From assembly GCF_964213995.1 (NCBI RefSeq), contig NC_135830.1, positions 7,006,001-7,070,000 on the forward strand: a stretch of DNA of 64,000 nt. The letters are read 5' to 3'. The notes under the pieces are model-generated. The model was not told the origin of the DNA. It saw only the letters and a program-made list of their open reading frames with translations, and made no database searches. This DNA comes from Mustelus asterias. Taxonomy: Eukaryota. Positions within the stretch are counted from its first letter, which is position 1; each line of letters begins with the position of its first letter. The position numbers and the translations under genes are program-made. Below, in pieces: positions 1-13,692 of the stretch.

Positions 1-640
1 AGCAACCCTCATGTCTTTTTTTAGCCCTCCTGATTTCCCTCTTAAGTCGCTTCTTGCACTTTTTATACTCCTCGAGCATCTGATCTGTTCCTTGCTGCCT
101 GTACATTTCGTACAACTCTCTCTTCCTCTTAATCAGTGTTACAATCTCCCTCGAGACCCAAGGTTCCTTATTCCTATTTACTTTGCCTTTAATCCTGGCA
201 GGAACATACAAACTCTGCACTCTCAAAATTTCTCCTTTGAAGGCCTCCCACTTTCCATTTACATCCTTACCAGAGAACAGCCTGTGCCAATCCACACTTC
301 CCAGATCCCTTCTCATTTCATCAAAATTGGCCTTTTTCCAGTTCAGAACTTCAACCCGAGGACCAGATCTATCCTTATCCACGATCAGGTTGAAACTAAT
401 GGCATTATGATCACTGGATCCAAAGTGTTCCTTCGCACTCACATCCATCACCTGCCCTAACTCATTTCCCAATAGGAGATCCAGTATCGCATCCTCTCTA
501 GTTGGCACCTCTATATACTGATGTAGAAAATTCTCCTGAACACATTTTACAAACTTTACCCCGTCTAAACCTTTAACAGTATGCGAGTCCCAATCTATAT
601 GTGGAAAATTAAAATCCCCTACTATCACAGCTTTGTGTTT
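1..640 (-). mobile_element. CR1-clade LINE fragment (end of APE endonuclease and linker of ORF2)
   Basis: Minus strand reads VIVGDFNFPHIDW...CVQENF...PTREDAILDLLLGNE...GSSDHNAISF, typical of CR1 ORF2. Confidence 0.85.
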
Positions 641-701
641 CTTGCTGTTTCAATCTGACTATTTTGCTGCCAACATTGACTTATCTGTCTTTAAAAATCT
701 G

Positions 702-2081
702 TTGGAAAATGGATAAATCGCATCTCGAATGACGAGGAGATTACTGGAAATTGATCTCACTAAAGTTCCTGATTTTCGACTCAATTATGTGCTGATTTGT
801 GAAAATGATGGCGGAAGTGACCGTGGATATATAGCCGACAGGAGATAATTACATCTGTAATTCTCAGACTTCTTATTCCTATTAATGCAAAGGATTGAAA
901 CATCTGCTGTTCTCCAGAGATCTGTTTAACCGTTACATTCGCCAATTCCATGGTAACCATCCTAAGTATTTTCTACTGTGGAAAGGTTGTACAATCTCGG
1001 TAACACGACGAATCAGGATCAGGTATATTATGAGGGTGGCCAGACCTTGTGTGATACAAACAGTGATATTGCCTGGTGAACATGGACAGTAGCTGTTCAA
1101 GATGGCAGCTCATCATCACTTTGTCAGGGCAATTAGGGAAGGGCAACAGATGCCAGTGATGCCCACATCCCATAAATGATTAAAAATTATGCAGTAACAA
1201 CAGAGACAGAATCTAATCTAATATAGACAGATATGCTGGCGCAATGATAACATAAACTGGCCGGGAGAGTCATGTAAGCTAATGCATTAGATATATAGAA
1301 TAAGAGAGACAGAACATGATATAACATTTAAATAAACAGTTTGTTCCGTGTGATCATTCTAGAAAAAAGTAAATTGTCCAATAATAATTGGCAGGCGTCA
1401 AACGTAGCAAAACCAGATATAGGTTCCAATTCACAACTGATTGGGTAACGGTTTCGAAAAATAATCATAGAGAATTAGAATATTATAATTTGAATGGCCG
1501 GCCCCGGTGTTTCACTAACAGAGACAGCTGGGCCCGGAGTCAGACTGGGACCTGATATAAGGAAGCATATCTTTTCGAGGGCCTTGTGCAGGTTTCCTTG
1601 TCATGACGAGTGATGCAGTGATTTGTGTGGCAAACACGGATTGGAAACCGATGACAGCCGCAAGAATGACTGACTCCACCTGACAAAGAGCTGTTATTCC
1701 CATGGGGGGGGGGGGGGGGGTGGATCAATCATGGTGGACTCCAAAAAATTCTGTCATCTGAGGTAACAATGGTGAATCTGTTAGAGGAACAGAAAATAAC
1801 ATGCTCCTTCTCATTCTTACAAACAGTTCCACATTTCCAGTCAGAATTGGAACATGTGAAGACTGAAAAGACGAAGTATGAAAATATCATCGGAGGCAAA
1901 ACGAATAGTGCAATAACTGTTAAGGATTATTGCACTTTTCCGAAACAAGTTCGATCCAATGCTAATTTGTTCAAAGTGATGGCTTGTAAATAGAATTGAA
2001 TAATTAAATTTCGGCATCGTTCCTGGCAAATGTCCACCACCAACCCTCCCATCCCCCCCTCCCCCACCGCGCACACACACG

Positions 2082-2112
<31 letters not shown>

Positions 2113-2945
2113 GTGTTGCCAAAAGATAAGATTAGCACAAGACGACAGCTGTATAAATATTGCATCTTATTCAGTCTCAATGAAGGACAGGGGGAGACTC
2201 AAAAACGATGCTAGGACAATGGTGCATAAGAACCATTAAAATGGACCTGTTCTCGAAAATCCTTCACATTTTACTCCATGAAGGATATATCTCATTTATT
2301 TTCAAAGTTACTGTGAAATCTGATTCGATCACCCTCTGAAGCTGTTCATTCCAGTCCACAACAACTTTTGTGTAAAAGTAAACAATCACATTTCTGTCTC
2401 TCTGCTCAATAAAATAAATCTGTGCCCACTGGTTGCTGACCGTCCTCCCAGTTGAAATATCCTCTCTTTAATTACCCCACTCAAAACGTCATGATTTTGA
2501 ACACGAATAAAAGTGTTCAAAACACTGGCAAGGAGATAGAGAGAGAGAGACACCGGGAGAGTTAGGAGAAAGAAAAACGGGGTGCTGACAGATAAAAGCT
2601 GAAGAACAAAAAATAAATAGCAGATGGAGAGAAAATGATCGAACAATGCAAGATAACAGCTATCATTTCCTTTCTTCACGAAACCTGGGAGAGCTCAGTG
2701 ACTGATCCACTGACCATCCAGTTATGTCCTGGAATGGAAACTCTGAACAGATCACAACAGACTCATTTGTAAATGTCACCACAATGTGATCTGTGTGTCT
2801 CTGCCCTGGCTCTGTGGACAGATATAGGCCGCACTGACAGATGTTCTCGTCAGATTGTGGCCCCTGGATTTATTTTCTGCTCAGAAGTGAGATGTGTGGT
2901 TTGGAACTGGCAACAAGAATCAGGAAGTTATATTACCTGAGAATG
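702..2945 (+). pseudogene. Probable decayed interleukin-1 receptor family (Ig-TM-TIR) gene remnant
   Basis: Four exon-like blocks in the expected order: 702-845 Ig-domain end (LLEIDLTKVPDFRLNYVLICENDGGSDRGYI); 918-999 AG..GT-bounded hydrophobic exon (ICLTVTFANSMVTILSIFYCGK); 1522-1710 in phase with it (RDSW..YKEAYL..FVWQT..LTPPDKELLFPWG, TIR box1/box2-like); 2681-2945 (RAQ*LI..SSYVLEW..HNRL..NVICV..RLWP). Many in-frame stops. Alignment by eye only. Confidence 0.4.
2070..2112. repeat. (CA)n microsatellite
   Basis: Direct reading. Confidence 0.95.
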
Positions 2946-3714
2946 AAACAAACGGGGCCAGTTTAATGTTATCACCGTGAACAGTCTTCCTGCCTGCGAG
3001 GGTGAACTCACTCTGAAAGCTTCAAGAACAGTCACAGAATTGCTGCCGGTCGCAGCATTACATTCACTTCGATTGCCATGTTAATGAATCAAGAAAATGA
3101 TCATATTTGGGGTTTAGGTAGGTTAATTGAAAGGAAGATGGATTGAAAATTATCGCTGAGAGAAAAGATGGAAAATTAAAGCAACATTTTTCCCCGCACA
3201 GGTGTTCTAAAATAGAAAGTTTAAGTGTGTTAGGTGTTGTGTGAGTGAAATCGAGGAGAGCGTATAAAAGAATGAACTGGTCTGTTTCCGGCACTGAATT
3301 TTCCTCTGTTGAGATTGTTCTGTTTCATCTTTTCAGTCACAAGTTGCCTTAAGCATGAAAGTTAAACATTTTTGAACGAGTAGCCAGATCCGGCTCATGG
3401 GTACCTGTGTAAGTGAGCTAAAGGAGATTGAGAGAGAGAAGAGAGGTTTTCCGATTTAGGTCTTGTCTGAGACAGAGAAAGATAGGAGAGAAGTTCAGTG
3501 AGTCATTTGAAAGATGCAATGCCTTGGCAGTGGAATGGCCAGCTGTATATCACATTCAAGAGCGTCCAGAGCAGTTCATTAACTTTAGGCATTGACTGAG
3601 GCAAAGAATGTGCAAGTAAATACTGAACAAATTACCATAAAATTCTTAAAACTAATTGCAATTATTTACATAGGATTTATGACTGGTACATCACATTGTT
3701 ATGGGCATAGGGTC

Positions 3715-3850
3715 CACTTCGGGCTTGTGTAACTGTCTGTCTGGTTTTTGCAAATTGTGTGCGTGGGTTTCCGCCAGGTTTACCGCTTTCCTCCTGCAGT
3801 CCAAAGATGTGCAGGTTAGGAGGAGTGGTCATGCTGAATTGTCCCTGAGA
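3715..3850 (+). mobile_element. Degenerate tRNA-derived shark SINE fragment
   Basis: gggtttccgcc...ttcctcctgcagtccaaagatgtgcaggttagg core shared with the other SINE copies. Confidence 0.65.
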
Positions 3851-4074
3851 ATCCATTTGCAGTCCAACGTGGCATACGTTTACTGTATTCCTCAATTTCT
3901 TTTGAACAAGAGGATGTTACAAGATTCATCCCATGCTTTCAACAAATTATTGCACACAATACGTGAGCAACTAGATATGATGTGCAACACCGAATATTTA
4001 TTAACAAGATGAAATGCATACTTCCAACCGCTTTCATCCACACGAATACGTTTCATTTCTTAAGTTAGTATCTA

Positions 4075-4368
4075 TTTATTTAAAGTTAATTTATTAGTCA
4101 CATGTCGGCTTGCATTAGCACTGCAATGAAGCGGCTCTGAGAATCCCCCAGTCGCCACACTCTGGCAGCTGTTCGGGTACACTGAGGGAGAATTTGACAT
4201 TCCCAATGCACCTAACTAGCACAGCTTTGGAATGTGGAAGGAAACCGACACAGACAGAGGGAGAACGTACAAACTCCACACAGAAAGTGACCAAGCCAGG
4301 AATCGAACTCGAGTCCCCAGCACTGTGAGGCAGCAGTGCTAACCGCTGCTAACCACTGCGCCATCCAG
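4075..4368 (-). mobile_element. tRNA-derived shark SINE (HE1-like)
   Basis: Minus-strand 5' end with gtggttagc A-box and gttcgattcc B-box; same body as 12695-12966 and 18212-18500. Confidence 0.85.
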
Positions 4369-4399
4369 CTAGCTTGGTCTTCCTCTTTTTCCATCCATC

Positions 4400-6330
4400 A
4401 GACGCATTTCATAGAAAATTAGTAACTGAGGCAGTGCCTGCTTTTTTATTCGGACCCAATGTAATGCAACGTGAGGTACGGGTGTGCTCAGTAGTGCATG
4501 ACATACAACCTACCAAAAATAATATCTGAGATGGAACCTAATGTAACATATGTGGACTATTGACTGAGCAACAACAGCTCAGAAATGATTAATTGTAGCA
4601 TATATCACGGCATGTCTTCATGTAATATAAAGGAAGCGGTACGTAATGTAATGTAAACAGATACAAGGTCTATTGCAATAATGATTCAAATGAATCAAAT
4701 GCAGTATATAAAGAGGCATGGCCTAGTGCATTACTGTATACGACTGCACCAAATGGGTTATTGCAGCGAACATCGTCAAGTACAGTACTAACTGAGACAG
4801 GGTTAATTGTAGCCCTAATAGATCAAGGCCCAGTCCGTTAATAAATTAAACTTCAGGTTGCGTTATATAGTGCAGAAAGAAAGATAAAACGAGATATGGT
4901 GGCGTACAGACATGACTGAGACAACTCCTGTGCAATAAAAAAAATTACATGGTTAAATGCAGTAATAACAGAAGGAGGGGCAGTGTAATAAAACTAAACT
5001 CAATATATAGTGAAATTTAAGCAGATACATCGTCGTACCATAGTAAGCAATAGAACAAAAATGGCCATTAATATGTTCCTCGGAATCATAACCTAATTCA
5101 GTAATAAAATGCTATGAATCCTGGAGGATGAACTGCAGTGTTGACTGAGGGAGGAGAGAGAGAGAGAGAGACAGATGGACAAGTGCACTAATATCACTCC
5201 ATTTATGATGAATGATCTGCTGAGTGTTTCTGGCAGTTCATTTTTCAGATCCCATGCATCCGCAGTATCTTGTTTTTGAGCAAGGAGATATTTGAACAGA
5301 TTACTAAAAGGACGATCAATACAGGGACAGTTTTATGCCTTGATTTAGACGAGGAAAGTCAGATAAGGAGATTTAGGGAGGGAATAACAGAGCTTCGGGC
5401 CTGGGCAGATTAACACATCCCAAACTGAAAAATAATTTTGAAGATAAGAATGGAAATTGCAGAAAATATATATATTTAAATTCTATTCAAACATAACTTG
5501 TTCTGTGGCCATTTCGTTTTATTTCTTTCTGAAACAGATGAACAATGAACCATTGGTTAGAAAATTGGCCTGTGGGAGCCCATCTGGCGCGAGTACAAAA
5601 TTCTGTCTCATACCGCCAGTGTATCAGTTGAATGCTATTAATAAAATACGACAGGCGAAACAATCTTTATCGCTAAAATCTGCAGCAAATTGACATAGTG
5701 CAGCACAATCTACAACGAATAAAAGGCATCATAACAGAGATTCCTAAATATATTGCAAAGAGCACTGCACTATTGTTCATATTGACCTGTCCCTCAATGC
5801 CAGTTTATCACTGAGAAAATGTTATAACGTTCACGCTAAATATTACCCACACAATAGCAGAGTGATTAGACGTTTCTCACAGCTACTTATAAATATTAGC
5901 AAAAAATAAACCGACTGTTTCAAACAAGAATGATTGGTATCGGACAGGCACACCCACATATATCATGACTGATAATATCTCGACAGGCAACATATTCATG
6001 GTCGCATGTTGGATTAACAGAGACAGGCTCTGATGTAATGTAAAGAGACAAATCCTGTGTAATATAAAAAGAGGTGGGATCCGACGTAATATAATCAGAT
6101 CTGTGGTCCACTGTAGGACTAATTGAGAGGACCTAATGTCGCATAAATAGAGAAATGGCTGAGTGTAGCATAACGAGAAAAACGACCGAATGTAGTATAA
6201 AGAGAGACAGGGTCCACTACCATATCATTAAAGACTGGGTCTGGTACAACATAAATAGAAGTATGGACCAGTGTAATGTAATCAGAGGATTGATTCAGTT
6301 AATTAATAACTAATAAAGCAGGGTCTTCTA
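4400..6330 (+). repeat. Highly degenerate ~27-30 bp periodic repeat (aactgagacag..gtc.agtg.aa family), two patches at ~4400-5050 and ~5960-6330
   Basis: Recurring actgagacag/acagagacag-like words at ~28-nt spacing; same family as 17270-18700 and 34280-35470. Confidence 0.55.
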
Positions 6331-6949
6331 CATACTGGCCCTATTGCCAATGGATAGCGTTTTCTTCCTAATGAGCAAAACATGCTCATTCATAACTTTG
6401 AACTTCTGTACTAAGTCTCCCATAAACTGCACTGTTCTAAAGGAAAGAAACTCCGCGTTCAGCTGTTCTGATAGTGCAGCTCATGCATGATGAACGTCAA
6501 GCTCCACACCACCTTCTGCCTCGCATGTTTCCCGATGTCATGTTAGGAATTGATGGAACTTTCACATGGATTCTCATTAATCAATGGCATCGTGTCAGAA
6601 TAAGATTCAAGGCTAAGAAAAGACTTGCTTCTGACAATTAAATGCATCAGTGAAATATTGGACACAGATCTCAGAGTTTAGACACACTGAGCTCAATGTT
6701 ATGTCAAAACACAGAACTGTGATCGGTTAACAGTCTTATCCCAGTGGAATCAACATCATTTTTGAGTCAAATGCTAATGTGCTCAATTCCCACAACAGAT
6801 ACCTGAGCTCATGATACAACCTGTGACAAAGTGCTGAATGTTCAGTTGTTCCATTATTGGATGTGATGATATTTCAGTCCAAGGTGTAGCATACAATATT
6901 ATTATTAAGCTTGTATTCCAGAAGCTTGAAGTAATGCTCTGCGGGCAAG

Positions 6950-8176
6950 AACATAAGAAATAGGAGCAGGAGTAGGCCATCTAGCCCCTCGAGCCTGCCC
7001 CGCCATTCAATAAGATCATGGCTGATCTGACGTGGATCAGTACCACTTACCCGCCTGATCCCCATAACCCTTAATTCCCTTACCGATCAGGAATCCATCC
7101 ATCCGCGCTTTAAACATATTCAGCGAGGTAGCCTCCACCACCTCAGTGGGCAGAGAATTCCAGAGATTCACCACCCTCTGGGAGAAGAAGTTCCTCCTCA
7201 ACTCTGTCTTAAACCGACCCCCCCCCCCTTTATTTTGAGGCTGTGTCCTCTAGTTTTAACTTCCTTGCTAAGTGGAAAGAATCTCTCCGCCTCCACCCTG
7301 TCCAGCCCCCGCATTATCTTATAAGTCTCCATAAGATCCCCCCTCATCCTTCTAAACTCCAACGGGTACAAACCCAATCTCCTCAGCCTCTCCTCATAAT
7401 CCAAACCCCTCATCTCCGGTATCAACCTGGTGAACCTTCTCTGCACTCCCTCCAATGCCAATATATCCTTCCTCATATAAGGGGACCAATACTGCACACA
7501 GTATTCCAGCTGCGGCCTCACCAATGCCCTGTACAGGTGCATCAAGACATCCCTGCTTTTATATTCTATCCCCCTCGCAATATAGGCCAACATCCCATTT
7601 GCCTTCTTGATCACCTGTTGTACCTGCAGACTGGGCTTTTGCGTCTCATGCACAAGGACCCCCAGGTCCCTTTGCACGGTAGCATGTTTTAATTTGTTTC
7701 CATTGAGATAGTAATCCCATTTGTTATTATTTCCTCCAAAGTGTATAACCTCGCATTTATCAACGTTATACTCCATTTGCCATATCCTCGCCCACTCACT
7801 CAGCCTGTCCAAATCTCTCTGCAGACCTTCTCCGTCCTCCACACGATTCACTTTTCCACTTATCTTTGTGTCGTCTGCAAACTTCGTTACCCTACACTCC
7901 GTCCCCTCCTCCAGATCATCTATATAAATGGTAAACAGTTGCGGCCCAAGTACCGATCCCTGCGGCTCGCCACTAGTTACCTTCCTCCAACCGGAAAAAC
8001 ACCCATTTATTCCGACTCTTTGCTTCCTGTCGGATAGCCAGTCCCCGATCCACTTTAACACACTACCCCCAACTCCGTGTGCCCTAATCTTCTTCAGCAG
8101 CCTTTTATGGGGCACCTTATCAAACGCCTTTTGGAAATCCAAAAACACCGCATCCACCGGTTCTCCTCCATCAACC
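6950..8176 (-). mobile_element. Young 5'-truncated CR1/HER1-type LINE (RT and 3' UTR)
   Basis: ORF 7198-8157 of 319 aa with LDFQKAFDKVPH, PQGSVLGP and KFADD; short tandem 3' tail; GCAAG target-site duplication at 6945-6949 and 8177-8181. Confidence 0.95.
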
Positions 8177-9142
8177 GCAAGGGTTCAAATTCCACCCCAG
8201 CAACTGGGGAATTTCAATTCAATTAATTGATTAAGCTGAATCAAACATCGTTGTCTAATTAATAACAATCATATTTCGGCAAAGTTCATCTTCTTCTCTG
8301 ATGTATTTTAGGAGAGGAAATTTTACTTCTTACTTGTAAGACATATAAAATTGCCAGAAGAAGCAACAAGCCTGAGGGTTTGGAATGTTTTAAAATTCAA
8401 CAAAAGAAGACACAATGTGCGAGGGGGGAAAGAGAGAATGAAAGTATAATGGCAGGAAGCAGAGAAACTAATTGTACAAGCTTCTCTGAATATCTGAAGA
8501 GACAAAGATTATTTAAGACAAATTAGGTAGCTTCCAGTCACAATCCAGGGAAATTATAATGGGGAACAAAGAAATGTTGGATGAATAGAACACAAAGTTT
8601 GACTCCATCTTCACAAAAGGGGACACAAATATCCTCCCAGAAATGTGAGGGAACCAAGAGCTAGTTGGCATTGAAGAACACCAGTGTTAGTAGCAAAATT
8701 ATGCTGGGGAAATTAATGGGGTGAAATGCTGATAAATCACTAAGGCCTGAGAATCTACATCCCAGAGTATGAATGAAAATGGCCCTGAAAATATTGGGTG
8801 CATTGGTGTCATCCTCTAAAATTCTATACACTCTGGATCAGTTCCTATAGATTGGAGGGTGACAAATGAAATCCCAATATGTACAAAGGAAGGGAGAGTA
8901 AAAATGTTGAATTACAGCCTGACTTTAGCATAAGCGAAGATGTTAGAGACTGTTATCAAAGACATGATAGCAAAATATTTGGAAAGCATTAACGGAATTT
9001 GATGAAGCCAGCATGGGCTTAAGGAAGATATGTCATTCTTAACAAACCTACTTGCGTTTTCTGAGGCTGTAAGTCATAGAATAGTGAGGGGGGGGGGGGC
9101 GGGGGGGGGGGGGATGGAGGGAGGGGGGAGGGAACCAGGGTA

Positions 9143-12100
9143 CATAGAACATAGAAACATAGAAATAAATACAGTACAAACAGGCCCTTCGGCCCACAAG
9201 TTGCGCCGGTCATGCCGCTACCTACCTAGGCTTATATATAGGCTTATCTATAACCCTCAATCCTGTTAAGTCCCATGTACTCATCCAGAAGTCTCTTAAA
9301 AGACCCTATCGAGTTTGCCTCCACCACCACTGATGGCAGCCGATTCCATTCGCCCACCACCCTCTGAGTGAAAAACCTACCCCTGACATCTCCTCTGTAC
9401 CTACTCCCCAGCACCTTAAACACGTGTCCTCTCGTAGCAGCCATTTCAGCCCTGGAAAAAAGCCTCCGAGAATCCACCCGATCTATACCTCTCAACATCT
9501 TGTACACCTCTTTCAGGTCACCTCTCAGCCTTCATCTCTCCAAGGAGAAAAGACCGAGCTCCCTCAGCCTATCCTCATAAGGCATGCCAACCAATCCAGG
9601 CAACAGCCTTGTAAATCTTCTCTGCACCTTTTCAATCATTTCCACATCCCTCCTGTAATGAGGCGACTAGAACTGAGCACAGTACTCCAAGTGGGGTCTG
9701 ACGAGGGTCTTATAAAGCTGCATTATTATCTCCTGACTTCTAAACTCAATCCCTCGATTGATGAAGGTCAGCACACCATACGCCTTCTTAACCACCCCCT
9801 CTACCTGCGAGGCCGATTTAAGAGTCCTATGGACCTGGGCCCCAAGGTCCTTCTGATCCTCTACACTGCTAAGAGTCGTACACTTGATATTATACTCCTT
9901 CATCCCATTCGACATGCCAAAATGGACCACTACACATTTATCCTGTTTGAAGTCCATCTGCCACTTCTCTCCCCAGTCTTGCATCCTATCAATGTCACAC
10001 TACAGCTTCTGACATGCGTCCAACCTATCCACAACACCACCAACCTTCGTGTCGTCGGCAAACTTACCAACCCTTCCCTCCACTTCCTCATCCAGGTCAT
10101 TTATGAAAATGACAGACAGCAAGGGTCCCAGAACAGATCCCTGGGGCACTCCACTGGTGACCGACCTCCGTTCAGAAAATTACCCGTCTACAACCACTCT
10201 CTGCCTTCTGCAGGCAAGCCACTTCTGAATCCACAAGGCAACAGCCCCTTGCATCCCATGCCCTCTCACTTTCTTGAGAAGTCTTGCATGGGGTACCTTA
10301 TCGAACGCCTTGCTGAAGTCCATATAAACCACATCTACCGCTTTTCCTTCATCAATGTGTTTAGTCACATTTTCAAAGAACTCCACCAGTCTCGTAAGGC
10401 ACGATTTGCTTTTGACAAGGCCGTGCTGACTACGTTTGTGCATACGAAACTCCTCTAAATGTTCATAAATCCTGTCCCCCAGGATCTTCTCCATCAACTT
10501 ACCAACCACTGAGGTTAGACTCACCGGTCGGTAATTTCCTGGGCGATCCCTATTCCCTTCCTTGAATATAGGAAACACATCCGCAATCCTCCAATCCTCC
10601 AGAACCTCTCCCGTCTCCATCGACGACGCAAAGATCATCACCAGAGGCTCTGTAATCTCTTCCCTCACCTCCCACAGTAACCTGGGGTACATCCCATCCG
10701 GTCCCGGCGACTTATCTATCTTGATGCTATTCAAAATTTCCAACACATCCTCTTTCTTAATGTCCACATACTCAATCTTTTCAGCCCACCTCAGTCCTGT
10801 AGTACAACCACCCAGGTCTTTTTCCACCGTGAATACCGAGGTAAAATATTCATTAAGCACCTCTGCTATTTCTTCCGGTTCTGTACAGACTATCTCACCT
10901 ACACCTTTTATAATTCCTATTCCATCACATCTCATCCTTTTACTCTTCACATATTTATAGAACGCCTTCGGGTTCTCCTTAATCTTACCTGCCAAGGCCT
11001 TCTCGTGACCCCTTCTGGCTCTCCTAATTTCTTTCGTTCCGACAAGCCGTCTACTCATCTAGATCCCTATCATCGCCTAGCGCTCTGAAGCTTTTGTACG
11101 CTTTCGTTTTCTTTCTCACTAGGTTCAGCGCACCTTTCGTGCACCATGGTTCCCGTAACCTACCAACACCTCCCTCTCTCATCGGAACGTTGTCATGCAG
11201 AACTCGAGGCAAACATTCCTTGAAAATCTGCCACCTTACTTCAGTACTTTTCCTCGAGAATGCCTCCTTCCAATTTACACATCTAATCTCCTGCCTGATG
11301 GCTTCATATTTCCCCTTACTCCAGATAAACACTTTCCTAGCTTGCCTGATCCTATCTCTTTCCAATGCTTGCGTAAAGGAGATAGAGTAATGATCACTAT
11401 CCCCAAGATGCTCTCCCACTGAGAGATCCGACATCTGGTACTGGCTCATTAGCCAGTACCAGGTCGAGTACAGCCTCTCCTCTTGTAGGCTTATCCACAT
11501 GCTGTGTCAGGCAACCCTCCTGAACACACCTAACAACCCCCTCCCCATCCAAACCCCTTACTCTATGGATATTCCAATCGATGTTTGGGAAATTAAAGTC
11601 TCCCATCACGACAACCCTGTTATTCCTACATCTCTCCAGGATCTGTTTCCTATCTGCTCCTCAACATCCCTGTTACTATTGGGCGGCCTGTACAAAACAC
11701 CCAGCAAAGTTATCGACCCCTTCCCGCTCCGAACTTCCACCCACAGAGACTCCGTAGACAATCCCTCCATGGCTTCCACATTCTCTGCAGCTCTGACACT
11801 ATTCCTGATCAGCAGTGCCACTCCCCACCCCCCTCTTTTGCCTCCCTGTCTGTCCTTTCTGAAACATCTGAAACCCGGCACCTGAAGTATCCAGTCCTGT
11901 CCCTGTCCCCAAGTCTCCGTAATGGCCACCACATCACACTTCCAAGCATCGATCCACACTCTAAGCTCATCCACTTTATTCACTACACTCCTGGCATTAA
12001 AATAGACATATCTCAAACCTTTGGTTTGAGCTCTCCCCTTCCCCATCACCCGTCTATTCTCCCTCTTACACTGTGTACAATCCTTCTCTATTTGCGAGCT

Positions 12101-12480
12101 AGCCTCCTCGCTCTCAGTCACCTCATCACGATTCCCTCCCCCCAACCTTTCTAGTTTAAAGCCTCCCCAGTAGCCTTAGCCAACCTTCCTGCCAGGATAT
12201 TTGTCCCCCTGGGATTCAAGTGCCACCCGTCTTTTTTGTACAGGTCACACCTTCCCCTAAAGAGGTCCCAATAATCCAGGAAACTGAATCCCTGCCCTCC
12301 GCTCCAGTCCCTCAGCCACGCATTCATCCTCCACCTCACTCCATTCCTGCTCTCACTTTCCCGTGGCACAGGCAACAATCCTGAGATTACTACCTTTGCG
12401 TTCCTCCTTCCCAACTGTCTACCTAACTCCCTATATTCTCTTTTCATTACACCTTCCGTCTTCCTACCTATGTCAGCGTG
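9143..12480 (-). mobile_element. CR1 LINE with C-terminus of ORF1 (SGNH esterase-like) and frameshifted ORF2 (APE + RT)
   Basis: 12151-12483 VVISGLLP...DGWHLN (esterase-like); 11606-12145 YFNARS..ITETW (APE); 10180-11058 KSPGPDG..NYRPVSLTS..DFSKAFDKV (RT); tandem 3' tail near 9143-9165. Confidence 0.95.
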
Positions 12481-12694
12481 CATGTACGTGGTGCATTTGC
12501 ACTTTCAGAAGACATTTGAGACGGTTCCTCGTAAAATATTAGTAGGTCAAATTAAAGCACGTGGGATAGGGAATAATGTATTGACATTTGTGTAGAATTC
12601 GTTGACAGACAAGAAACAGAGAATGGAAATACATGGGTCTTTTTCCGAGTGGCAGTCAGCGACTGGTGGGGTACTTCATGATCCCAACTTATAT

Positions 12695-12966
12695 TATTTA
12701 TTTATTAGTCACATGTCGGCTTACGGTAACACTGCAATGAAGTTACTGTGAAAAACCTCGAGTCACCACACTCCAGCGCCTGTTCGGGTACACTGAGGGA
12801 AAGTTCAGCATGGCCAATGTCCCTGAGCTGCACGTCCTTCGGATTGTTGGAGGAAACCGGGGCACCCAGAAGAAGTCCATGTAAGCACGGGGAGAACGTG
12901 CAGACTCCGTACAGAAAATGACCCAAGCCGGGAAGCGAACCCGGTCCCCGACCCCGTGCCACCGTG
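12695..12966 (-). mobile_element. tRNA-derived shark SINE
   Basis: Same body as the other copies in the window. Confidence 0.85.
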
Positions 12967-13692
12967 GGATCTGGATAAGGAAATCAAATGTAACATGTCC
13001 TAAGCGGCTGGCGATATATAACTGTGAGCAATGAGGAGGATGCAGTGACTTGTGAGCTGTGAGGAGGATGCAAGGGTGTTCAATGTGATCTGGACAAGTT
13101 GTGTGAATGGGTGAACATGTGGCAGATGCAATACAACGTGGCTAAATGTACAGTTATATGCGTGTGCAAAGAACAAAACAATATATATTTGGAAGTGTGA
13201 TGTACAAATGGATCTGGGTATCCTTGTACACCAACCAATGAAATCGGAGAGGTATGTACAGCAAGCAATTTGGAAGGCCTTCGTTGCAAGAAGATTTGAG
13301 TTCGGAATTAGTGAAGTCTTACTGAAGTAATGCCGGGTCTTCAGAAGACCACATCTGGAGTAATGCGTGTAGATTTGATCTCCCGACCTAAGAAAGGGTC
13401 TCTGGCGAGTGCAGCTGATACACGCATTGGTGGGACTGTCCTATAAGGCGAACTTGCATCGACCGGACCTGTATTCACTTGACTGACGTGATGAACGAGC
13501 AGCGCTTGGAAAGCTCGTGATTCCAAATGAACCTGTTGGACTTTAACCTGGCGTTGCGAGACTTCTTACTGTGCACACCCAAGTGCAACGCGAGCATCTC
13601 CACCTCATGTATTCACTCGAGTTTAGAAGGATGAGAGGAGATCTGATTGAAATACATAAAATTGTGATTGCAACATTCAAAGCATAAAAAAT

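Noticed and set aside
1522-1683. SRCR-like reading (GVRLG..GPCAG..) of the 1522 block
   Set aside because: Needs a frameshift and lacks the later cysteines; the TIR-like frame fits better and is in phase with the TM exon
9087-9132. G-quadruplex-like G runs (also the C runs at 63605-63660)
   Set aside because: They sit at retroelement junctions and show no link to a gene
9424-10458. 344-aa + strand ORF
   Set aside because: Antisense shadow of the CR1 ORF2
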